A DNA stretch of 64,000 nucleotides from a virus. The first letter of the stretch is position 1; each line of letters begins with the position of its first letter. The position numbers and the translations under genes are program-made. Below, one piece after another: positions 10,744 through 19,713 of this stretch. The notes below the pieces were generated by a model, which was given only the letters and a program-made list of their open reading frames with translations, did not search any database and was not told the origin of the DNA. The stretch covers positions 32,001 through 96,000 of the IMG/VR virus record IMGVR_UViG_3300032288_003086; one strand, 5' to 3'.

Positions 10744-10744
10744 G

Positions 10745-13567
10745 ATGGCACAGAAGAAAATGAAGGATATCTTTACACATGAGATGGGTCAGATCCTATT
10801 TCCAGGTCAACCCACAGTAATTGAGTCTAAGAAGATATCTCCAGGCACAGATATAACTATGAAGAACACAAGACCCCAAATAGCCCTGACACCATATGGT
10901 GCTACACAGATGAGTCCTAACCAGAACTATTCCTTTGCTGGAAACACAGTAGTGGAGTTGCCTATGGCTCAAATGGGTGCACAAGCTGGTGGAGATGATC
11001 AACAGGCTCAGATCATGCAGATCATACAGATGTATGCCCAGATAAAGGGTGTAGATCCTAATCAATTGATCCAGGAGATCCAAGCTCTTCCTCAAGAAGA
11101 ACAGCAGAAGTCTTTTGAGCTTATGGCATCTGAGGTTCAGAATGCAATGGCTCAGCAGCAACAAGCTGCCCAGCAAGAGCAGCCTGGTGGTATGCCTATG
11201 GCTGGCAAGGGTGGAATAATGGATGCATATCCACAAGCCCAAAACTTAGAGTGGTTTTATAAAACTGCCAAGAATGGAGGATTGCTCAAAGCTCAAGATG
11301 TAGGAAACATAAATCTTTACAATCGAGTATTGTCAGATCGTAAGAACTTTATGTCTGGTCCTGAGGCAGCATGGAAAGCTGATCCAGCTTTAGTAAATGA
11401 AGATGGTTCTTTGAACATGTGTCTTGATTGCACAAATGTGGATTATAGTAATCAACAAGATGTCATTGACGCATCGAGACTTATCAATGAAGGTGTAAGT
11501 AAGGTACCTGAGTATAGCCTTAATGATCTTCAAACCGCATTGAAGAAATTTGATCTTCCAATGCCTGTTTATAATTCTGCCAAAACCAGAGAAAACATTA
11601 TAAATCAGGATCCTTCTTTAAAGAAGCAGCGTGCGGGTGGAGGATTATCAATACATCAACTCCGCGGGGTTGTTGACTCCATGGTCAAAGATGCTGTTCA
11701 GCGCTATATGACTGGTGGTGAAGCATTCCCTCAAGCCAATAAGTATCCAGAAGAATGGGCTGGTTATTCAGGTACCATGTATGCCCAAGGGGGGGAAGCC
11801 TTCCCACAAGCTCAGACATATCTTCCTTATGACAGGCCAGGTGAAACCAGACCTAATTTTATGTTTGCCCAAGGAGGCTCTAAGGATGAGTTTGGAGGGC
11901 AGCCAGATCTGGATACAATCTATAGGATGATGAGAAGCGGTGGCCTTGCGGTTAACGCCAAAAAAAAAAGGGGGGAGGAGCTAAGTTCTGAGGAATTTCA
12001 GCAATACCTCAGCGGCGGTTCTCTAAAAGAGTTCCAAGGTATCAATCAAAGTACTACAGGTTATAGTGGTTATAACAATGACCCACGATTTGATTATCCT
12101 GATGATACTACAGCAAATGCAACTACAAACGTAGCAGCTGGTAATACTATGACCAATGCTAGTGCTAGTGCACCTGCGGTATTGACAGCAAATGCTTCTA
12201 CTGCACCTGCAGGATATTCTTGGTCTACTGGTGCTACTAGCACAACTGCAGTACCTACTATAAAGACTGCAGACCAAGGTGCTTATAAGGGTGAGCTTAG
12301 TGCAAATAAGATAGTCAACCGTAATGAGACAGTTAGTCCAAAAGGTGGTTATTCAACTACAATACCAGCTCGTCCAGGTATTCCACCAGCAATGTATCTA
12401 AATGCAATAAACACTGCAACAGGTGGTAAGAGTAGTCTATTGGGACTTTTTGGTAATGTAGCTTCTTTGGTGGGAGACTTTGCAAGTTCTAATCAACCAG
12501 GTAGTAAAGAATCAATAGCAAATCCATATGTAGGTCTTTTTGAGCAATTTCAAAATAAAGTTCCATACTCAGTAGAGCCTGCACCTGGAACCATTGGTCC
12601 TCCTCCTACTGCAAAGAAAGGTGGTCGTAAGAAGTCATTACCAAAAGCTCAGTTTCAAATGCCGCAGCTTTCAGGTGTGGATCCTAATATAGCAGCTCAG
12701 ATTGCACAAAACAGGGGGATGACTCAAGTCCAGGGTTCAGGTATGTCATTTAATGAACCTCTTCAACCTATGAATCCTATTACCCAGATCCCTTCTCCTC
12801 AAGTAGATATGCAACCCATTGGAGCATCTGCGATGTCTCAAATGAACTTAGGTCTGCAAATGCCTGGGGAAGGTCCAATTGCGGATGAGATGTCTATACC
12901 TAAAGCATCAGAAGCATACAACCCAGATGGACCAATGAGCATGGCTCCTATGAGAAGTATTGGTAGTATAACTCCTAGCACTCCTGCTCCACAGATGCAG
13001 CCTCAAATGAGTTCACAAGACTTAGGTCCTGCAGGACTTACCAATAGACAGATTCGTCAAGAAGATAGAAGCAACAGACGCGAGCTTAAGCAGGATTGGA
13101 AGGACTTTAAACAGACTGATGAGTACAAGAATGCTAGTAAGCAGCAGAGAAAAGACTTCTGGTCAGACCCCAATGCTCGCTTTGATCATGCCAAAGCTGC
13201 AAGGATGGTGGGTGCAACCCAGGGTATAGCTGACTTCTTTAGAACTGGTAATCAAGAGTATATGGAAGATCAGTTGAAGAAGATGGGTGTGAATACTTCT
13301 GCTACCATGGGTGTAAGTCAAAATAGAGATCGTGGAGACTTTGCAACCAATAGTGGAAAGTTCAGACCTAATGAATATGTAGAAGCTCAGGATTCTGGAC
13401 GAAGCATGACAGACCAGACTTCCTTCTACAATACCTTCAATCAAATGTACAATGCAAAGCTAGGAGGAAGAATCCTGGACTTTCTTGAGGATGGAGGGGT
13501 CTATGACCTGGATGAGGATACCATCAGACTCATCATGGAAGCAGGCGGCTCAGTGGAGTTTATTTGA
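10745..13567 (+). CDS. Low-complexity virion cargo/ejection protein with many x-GG motifs
   Basis: 940 aa, rich in Q/M/P/G/A; repeated GGEAFPQA, KNGGLLKAQ and KKGGRKKSLPKAQ; lies between muzzle and giant ejection genes. Confidence 0.6.
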   Translation: MAQKKMKDIFTHEMGQILFPGQPTVIESKKISPGTDITMKNTRPQIALTPYGATQMSPNQNYSFAGNTVVELPMAQMGAQAGGDDQQAQIMQIIQMYAQIKGVDPNQLIQEIQALPQEEQQKSFELMASEVQNAMAQQQQAAQQEQPGGMPMAGKGGIMDAYPQAQNLEWFYKTAKNGGLLKAQDVGNINLYNRVLSDRKNFMSGPEAAWKADPALVNEDGSLNMCLDCTNVDYSNQQDVIDASRLINEGVSKVPEYSLNDLQTALKKFDLPMPVYNSAKTRENIINQDPSLKKQRAGGGLSIHQLRGVVDSMVKDAVQRYMTGGEAFPQANKYPEEWAGYSGTMYAQGGEAFPQAQTYLPYDRPGETRPNFMFAQGGSKDEFGGQPDLDTIYRMMRSGGLAVNAKKKRGEELSSEEFQQYLSGGSLKEFQGINQSTTGYSGYNNDPRFDYPDDTTANATTNVAAGNTMTNASASAPAVLTANASTAPAGYSWSTGATSTTAVPTIKTADQGAYKGELSANKIVNRNETVSPKGGYSTTIPARPGIPPAMYLNAINTATGGKSSLLGLFGNVASLVGDFASSNQPGSKESIANPYVGLFEQFQNKVPYSVEPAPGTIGPPPTAKKGGRKKSLPKAQFQMPQLSGVDPNIAAQIAQNRGMTQVQGSGMSFNEPLQPMNPITQIPSPQVDMQPIGASAMSQMNLGLQMPGEGPIADEMSIPKASEAYNPDGPMSMAPMRSIGSITPSTPAPQMQPQMSSQDLGPAGLTNRQIRQEDRSNRRELKQDWKDFKQTDEYKNASKQQRKDFWSDPNARFDHAKAARMVGATQGIADFFRTGNQEYMEDQLKKMGVNTSATMGVSQNRDRGDFATNSGKFRPNEYVEAQDSGRSMTDQTSFYNTFNQMYNAKLGGRILDFLEDGGVYDLDEDTIRLIMEAGGSVEFI

Positions 13568-13618
13568 TATCTTCACGAAAATTTGTTAAATTTAAGTAGG
13601 TGGTTTTCAATAAGAAAA

Positions 13619-13635
13619 TAAATCTCAAAAGTTTA
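13619..13635. promoter_or_regulatory. 17-bp palindromic operator-like site, copy 1 (TAAATCTCAAAAGTTTA)
   Basis: Resembles the copies at 60533 and 61283; overlaps the start codon of the 1101-aa gene. Confidence 0.3.
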
Positions 13636-16600
13636 TGAACGTCAAGGTAAATAGAGTTCGCGGGGGTAGCATGGGCGACCAGCGCAACTATGGTTTGGTA
13701 ACAGGCAGCATCTGGAACTATGAGGATAAGCCATCCACAAACGAAGTCTCTGATACACTAGGGGCTGTGGACAGGGATCAAGCAACCATAGAAGCTGAGC
13801 GTGGGGAGACTGTTATATATCCAGACAAGGATGGACAGATTACCCATGCCAAGATTGGTGGTAAAAGACATACTCATGGAGGAACCCCATTGGATATTCC
13901 AGATGGAGCTTTTGTCTTTTCAGACACTAGGGCTCTATTGATCAAGAACAAGGAGTTGCTTAAGAACATCTTTGGTATGAACAGCAAGAAGGCTGTGACT
14001 CCTGCCAAGGTTGCCCAGCGATATGACCTGAATCAGTACAATGAGATATTGAATGATCCTGAGTCTGACTTCTTATCTAAGAAGACTGCGCAGCTCATGC
14101 TTGACAACAACATGAAAAAGCTGGGGCAATTGGCTTTGGTACAAGAAGGCATGAAAGGATTCCCTGATGGTATTCCAGACATTGCTCTTCCTCTTTTTGG
14201 TAGTGACATTGCAGTGGCTCAGCCTATGCAAGAGATGCCACAAGCCAAGTTTGGTGGACAGATCATGAGAAGGGGTGGAAAGAAACTTCCAAAACATCAA
14301 GATTATGGTGAAGTATTTTCATCTGAATCAGGTTATAGGCTTCCTGAAGTATTAGTAGAAGAATTTTATCCTGAATGGCAGCAATATATCCAAAGAGGAT
14401 TAGTAGATCCTAATGCCCTTCCAGATGAAGATGAAAGTATCAAGCGACAGCAAGTTGCTAATGCTATTAAGATCTATAACGATGCTTTGAAAAGTGGAGA
14501 TGTAAAAGCTATGAAAAATGCATCTGACGCTCTTTTTAAGATGGATATTGAAGGCTTCTCAACTCCTGGTCCATGGCTTTCTAAAGGATGGAAGAATTTT
14601 CAACAAGGTCTTGGGAACTTAATGTTTGATGTTGTATCACCTGTTTTTAAAGAGTTTAACACACCTTTAGAAGATATTCCTGCTACGGACATGTATATAA
14701 ATATGAGGGGAGCTGCACAACGAGCTGAAAGAGCATTGGCACAAAGAGCTCCTTCTGGAGCATGGACTTGGCAAGATAAAATATATGAGATGGGTCGCAT
14801 GCTTGAAAATTTTATTGAAGACAAAGAGAAGATGTCAGCAACTTCTTCTAATGCGAAAAATTTACTACCTAAGATAGAAGAGTATGGTAAAAAGAAAGAT
14901 GAAGTAGTTTCAAAAGCTGAGGAAATACTTAAAAATCCTGAAGCATATTCTCCAGATTTAGTATATAAAGCTGGAGAGTTTATCAGTGAATATAAAGGTG
15001 AAGATTTTTGGCGTGGGCTTTTGAGAGATGAAAAGTCCTTTTTTGAAGCACCACTTAAACCAGCAGAAAATTTAAATCTACATCAACTTAATCCAGAAAC
15101 TTGGAACAGTCTGTATAGCAAGCCAGTTGGTATAATAAAAAAAGCATATGACGATCTTGTAGATACTAAGGCTATTAAAACAGAACAACAAAGACAAGAA
15201 CAAGAAAATGCAGGAACTCAATCTAATAAAGAAAGTCTTAATCAATGGATTAGTGGTATTAAAAGTGGTAAATATTCTGTAAATGAAGTACCTCGAGATC
15301 TTCTACCTGATCTTGAAGCAGCAGGTATTGATATATCTGGTGCTGGCAACCCTGCTCCTACTCGTAGTAGTTCTTCTTCCCGATCTACTCAACAGCGCGC
15401 AACAACTGCTCCTTCTAAAACTGAAGAGTCTGATGAAACAATTAGGCAGAGACTTATAAGTATTGGTATTGATCCAAATGATATTACTCCTGAGATGATA
15501 CAGCAGAATAAATATGCTAAAGGAGGAATGACATATGTATATGATCCTACGAACAATATAATGCTTGATAAGTATCAGACTAAAGGAGGTGTAAAGGCAT
15601 TTAATATCTATGATAAGAATTTTAGGGACTATGCTAATCAGAATAAGTTAAAGTTAGTTCTACCTAGTTGGGCTACAGGTATGATGAGCATTGGTGAACA
15701 AAATCCTTCAAAAGATCCAAGATTTAAAAAATCTGCTACAGGAGAGATTATACCAAGCGCGGGTATCAGTGGATATACAGGTCCTGATGATCTTATCAAA
15801 TGGCATAAGAGTCAAGGAATGGACTTCTCCAAGTATGTAGATGCTGATGGTAACACTGCCAAGGATGAGACAGATGGCATGACCAAGTTTAAAAATGACT
15901 TAAAGACTTGGGATAACAGTGGTAAGAAACACAGGCATGCTACTTCATGGATGCTTGGCAAGGTTGATGAAATCAATACTGAAAGAGCTACCAAGCTTGG
16001 GTTAGCCGCTCCTCCTAGTCAAACTGATAAAGGTACAACAGGATGGGATGTCACAGGATTTGATGTACTTACAGGAACAAAGTATCTTGCTCCTGAAGAT
16101 ACGCCTGTTGATGATGTACCACCTGTACAACCTCCTGTTGAAACACCTCCTGTTAATACTCCTCCAGCTGATGTTCCTACTCCAAAATATACAGCTGGCT
16201 ATCCAGGAGGCTGGACTGACTACAGTACATTGAATCTTGCTACAGCAATGGGGATGGCGAACCAAGTTGAGCCAGGTGCCCTTCCTCCTTTTACTCAAGC
16301 ATTCCCTGACTTAGGTCGTCCTGTGTTTATGGATCCTAGAGCCAATATCATGAATCAACTTGCACTGCAGAATCAGCAAGCTGAGATGATTGCGGGTATG
16401 TCTAGTCCTACTGTGGGTAGAGCAAACATCATTGCCAGTGCTGCAAAAACAGCTGAGCCAATCAGTGACATCATGGCCAAGTATGACCAGGCTAATGCCA
16501 CTATTGCAAACACCTATGAAGGACAGCGTGCTGCAATAAGCAATCAAGCACAGATGACAAGTGCTGCCAAGCGTGAAGAGTTCCAGGATGAGCTTGCTGT

Positions 16601-16940
16601 CCGCAGACAGAATTACTTGAATGCGTTAAAAGAATCTCAAGCCAATGTGGCTTATCAATATGAGCGTGGGGCAAAAGACTTCAGGGAAAAGAATGCCTTG
16701 AATGTACAAAACCCTAACTACATGTTTGATAACTATGGCAATATCATGTTCAAGCCTGGTTACAATCCAAATGCAACAGCAAGTAGTTCGGCAGATGATT
16801 TACTTGATAACTATATCAATAAAGGCATAGATCCTAACAAGGCAGCTGCTCTTGTTGCTGCACAGATGAAGTTGAATGACAATGCTTTCAATTATGACCC
16901 TATGTCTACGGTTTGGGGTTCTCAAAAACCAGTTAGTTAA
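13635..16940 (+). CDS. Virion cargo/ejection protein with an N-terminal EAERGE..HTHGG..FVFSD domain
   Basis: 1101 aa, no Cys seen; Pro-rich linker; Q/A/N-rich helical C-terminus. Confidence 0.6.
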   Translation: MNVKVNRVRGGSMGDQRNYGLVTGSIWNYEDKPSTNEVSDTLGAVDRDQATIEAERGETVIYPDKDGQITHAKIGGKRHTHGGTPLDIPDGAFVFSDTRALLIKNKELLKNIFGMNSKKAVTPAKVAQRYDLNQYNEILNDPESDFLSKKTAQLMLDNNMKKLGQLALVQEGMKGFPDGIPDIALPLFGSDIAVAQPMQEMPQAKFGGQIMRRGGKKLPKHQDYGEVFSSESGYRLPEVLVEEFYPEWQQYIQRGLVDPNALPDEDESIKRQQVANAIKIYNDALKSGDVKAMKNASDALFKMDIEGFSTPGPWLSKGWKNFQQGLGNLMFDVVSPVFKEFNTPLEDIPATDMYINMRGAAQRAERALAQRAPSGAWTWQDKIYEMGRMLENFIEDKEKMSATSSNAKNLLPKIEEYGKKKDEVVSKAEEILKNPEAYSPDLVYKAGEFISEYKGEDFWRGLLRDEKSFFEAPLKPAENLNLHQLNPETWNSLYSKPVGIIKKAYDDLVDTKAIKTEQQRQEQENAGTQSNKESLNQWISGIKSGKYSVNEVPRDLLPDLEAAGIDISGAGNPAPTRSSSSSRSTQQRATTAPSKTEESDETIRQRLISIGIDPNDITPEMIQQNKYAKGGMTYVYDPTNNIMLDKYQTKGGVKAFNIYDKNFRDYANQNKLKLVLPSWATGMMSIGEQNPSKDPRFKKSATGEIIPSAGISGYTGPDDLIKWHKSQGMDFSKYVDADGNTAKDETDGMTKFKNDLKTWDNSGKKHRHATSWMLGKVDEINTERATKLGLAAPPSQTDKGTTGWDVTGFDVLTGTKYLAPEDTPVDDVPPVQPPVETPPVNTPPADVPTPKYTAGYPGGWTDYSTLNLATAMGMANQVEPGALPPFTQAFPDLGRPVFMDPRANIMNQLALQNQQAEMIAGMSSPTVGRANIIASAAKTAEPISDIMAKYDQANATIANTYEGQRAAISNQAQMTSAAKREEFQDELAVRRQNYLNALKESQANVAYQYERGAKDFREKNALNVQNPNYMFDNYGNIMFKPGYNPNATASSSADDLLDNYINKGIDPNKAAALVAAQMKLNDNAFNYDPMSTVWGSQKPVS

Positions 16941-19711
16941 TGGCAACATATCTTAAAGGTGTAACGGATGTAATCCCTAAGCAACCAGAAGTCAAGTTAG
17001 ATTACGACCTGCTTTCCAAATCTCTTACTGCACTTCAAGGAAGATATGACAGTGCATATAAGAGTTGGAAGTCCATGTATAATTCTCTGCTTAGTGCAGA
17101 GCTTTCATCTACTGACAACGAGCAGTTTAGGGCTGACTACATGAAAAAGGCAGATGCTGCACTTAGTCAGGTCGCAGGCATTGATCTTGCCAATGGTGCA
17201 AACCTTCAGCAAGCGATGACCATCTTTGATCCTCTTGTGAATGACCAAGAGTATGTCAGAGACCTGTATCTGACCAAGACCCAGCGCCAGCAGTTTACAA
17301 AGATGAATCAGTTCAAGAACAGCACTGATCCCAAGCTACAAGCCCAGTACAATCCTATAATGGAGCAATACATGGGTATAGGTATGCAGCGTCTTTCTGA
17401 GATGAAAAGGGGTAATGGTTCCATAGAAAATGCTACTGTGAACATGTTCAGTCCTTGGCAGGATCCTTTAGAGTATGCTAGGACTACTGCAAAAGACCAA
17501 GGTCTTGAGATTAAAACCAACACTCCTAATGGAGAATGGTTAGTCACTGAAGTAAATGGTGGTAAAACTGTTGATACCTATAGGAATTGGTTTAAGAATA
17601 CCATAGGCAGTAAGTTTGACAATCAATTCAGGATTGAGGCGGAAGTTGATACAGAGAATGCCATCAGATCCAAAATGGCTGAAACCAAATTGGACAGGGG
17701 CACTGTGATGCAACAAATGGCGCAGGAGTACTCTACAACATATGTCAAGGATTACAACGATGACATGTCTTCTTTGGAATCCCAAATTAACAACCTGAAT
17801 TCCCAAAGGAAGAAGTTAGAGAAAAGGTATCCCAATCCTAGCCAGCAAGTTGTTGATCAGAACAATGCCATGAAGCAGCAGAAGGATATTCTTCAAAAGC
17901 AGCTTGATGACATGCGTACTGGAAAGGTGGATGATGCTCAGCTTCAAAAGAAGGCTTCTGACATATTCATGAGCAGTCCTTCAAGTGTGTATGTAGGACA
18001 GGTAAGGAACAGGTATGCTGACAGGTTTGCCTACAACCAGGCATATGGTAAGATGGAGCTCAAGTATGAGCCTAACCAGATTTGGATGCATAAAAGCAGC
18101 CAAGCTTTCCAAAGAGCCATGCAGGAAGATCAGCAGCAATTTACTGCTGAGCAGAACAAGCTTAAAGCACAGTGGGATTACAATCTTTCCCTTGCCAAGG
18201 GTGAGCTAAAAGGTACAGGTGCAGGCATTGGTCAAAAGACAGATGTGGGTGTACTGGGTGCATATGAGACTTACAGTAGGACTATCTCAGAGAACTTTAC
18301 TAAAAGCACCAATGCGTATATCAATGATAAGGTTCTAGCAGTAGCTGCTAACATAAAAATTGATAAAAATGGCACTGTAAAAACAGATGCAAATGAACCA
18401 GACATGCAGGTTGTACAATCTGCAATGGAAGCAAAAGCATCAGGTAAGGCATTGACAGGAGCTCAAAGTGTAGCTCTTACCAGATATTTCAATATGGTAT
18501 CTCCTAACTCTAGGATAAATCCCAATGCTGTAACTTTTACAGAAATGCAGAGCATGATTACCAATGCTATTCGCACTAATTCCAAACTGAATCCTGAGTA
18601 TGGTGCTGCTGCATGGACTAGTGTTAATGAAGCAAATCTTGCTAGACAGCAATACGAAAAGATGTTTGACAGTGAAACCAAGCATCTTGCAACCATCACT
18701 GATCCAGAGCTTACCAAGTTTATAAAAACAGATGCTTCAGGTAACAAGTCTGTTAATGTGGCTGCGGTAAATGCCCTTGATGAAGAAGACAGGGAAGTTA
18801 CTTATAGGGCACTGATGGGTGGCAACTATGATGCTTATGCCAAGAAAGGCGCTACACAGGCTAATACCATTGTGCTTAATCCTTTGGATGTAAGTAAGTT
18901 TGATTATTCTATTTTAAGTTCTGCAATCAATAATGCTGAACAAATAGGATACACTGATCCTACTTCAGGTAGTTTTATAAAACTGGATGAGACGGCGACT
19001 GCAGCGTTTAGAAGTCAAACATCAGGTGGTCAAAACATGAAACAAGCCTTTGATCCAAAAGGTACCATGTATGAGCGCAAGATTGTCAATGGTCAAGAAT
19101 ACATTAAAGTGACCATTCCTCTTCTGAGAACTTCTGGAGAAACCTCCACATCTATTGCCAAACAGTTCGGATATTTGAGTCAGGAGATGACTGCACAAAA
19201 CAAAGTTGAAATGTTAGTGCCTCTTGGAAAGGCTGATAATCTTGGCGGAGTCAAGGATATGAATATCAATCCTTACACTGGAGGACTGATGGGTGAACAG
19301 CAGTATCTTGGAGACATGATCAATGATCTTGCAGGCAGGTCACTTGTTGATGACAACACGAGTTGGGTTAGCGAAGGTCTTATGAATTCCAACAATGTGA
19401 CTTTTCCAGACTATCTCAAAGGTTCTGTTGAAAATGGAAATCTCAGTATAACTGGCAATGAGATAAGTTTGCAGATTCTAAATGATGATGGCATAAAACA
19501 AAATGTTAATCTTACTCAAGTCCTAGGTATTACGGCTAGTCAATTGAGAGCTGATCCTACGTCATATGATTTTAAACTAAGACAGACTGTTGAAAATTCT
19601 GTCTACAACTTACAAAGGGCAGCAATGTCTTCTTCACATAATGCCATAAATGAAAACAGGATGTCTGCTGGCTCTTCTGGAAGTAATTTTTGGAGCAGTA
19701 ATCCATTTTAA
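16940..19711 (+). CDS. Virion ejection/structural protein (helical, coiled-coil)
   Basis: 923 aa, N-terminus MATYLKGVTD; TAATG translational coupling with the previous gene; no Cys seen. Confidence 0.6.
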   Translation: MATYLKGVTDVIPKQPEVKLDYDLLSKSLTALQGRYDSAYKSWKSMYNSLLSAELSSTDNEQFRADYMKKADAALSQVAGIDLANGANLQQAMTIFDPLVNDQEYVRDLYLTKTQRQQFTKMNQFKNSTDPKLQAQYNPIMEQYMGIGMQRLSEMKRGNGSIENATVNMFSPWQDPLEYARTTAKDQGLEIKTNTPNGEWLVTEVNGGKTVDTYRNWFKNTIGSKFDNQFRIEAEVDTENAIRSKMAETKLDRGTVMQQMAQEYSTTYVKDYNDDMSSLESQINNLNSQRKKLEKRYPNPSQQVVDQNNAMKQQKDILQKQLDDMRTGKVDDAQLQKKASDIFMSSPSSVYVGQVRNRYADRFAYNQAYGKMELKYEPNQIWMHKSSQAFQRAMQEDQQQFTAEQNKLKAQWDYNLSLAKGELKGTGAGIGQKTDVGVLGAYETYSRTISENFTKSTNAYINDKVLAVAANIKIDKNGTVKTDANEPDMQVVQSAMEAKASGKALTGAQSVALTRYFNMVSPNSRINPNAVTFTEMQSMITNAIRTNSKLNPEYGAAAWTSVNEANLARQQYEKMFDSETKHLATITDPELTKFIKTDASGNKSVNVAAVNALDEEDREVTYRALMGGNYDAYAKKGATQANTIVLNPLDVSKFDYSILSSAINNAEQIGYTDPTSGSFIKLDETATAAFRSQTSGGQNMKQAFDPKGTMYERKIVNGQEYIKVTIPLLRTSGETSTSIAKQFGYLSQEMTAQNKVEMLVPLGKADNLGGVKDMNINPYTGGLMGEQQYLGDMINDLAGRSLVDDNTSWVSEGLMNSNNVTFPDYLKGSVENGNLSITGNEISLQILNDDGIKQNVNLTQVLGITASQLRADPTSYDFKLRQTVENSVYNLQRAAMSSSHNAINENRMSAGSSGSNFWSSNPF

Positions 19712-19713
19712 TT

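Noticed and set aside
11420-11431. CxxC (CLDC) in the 940-aa cargo protein as a thioredoxin-like catalyst for the proposed disulfide chain
   Set aside because: No thioredoxin-fold context is recognisable around it; too speculative without a structure prediction.
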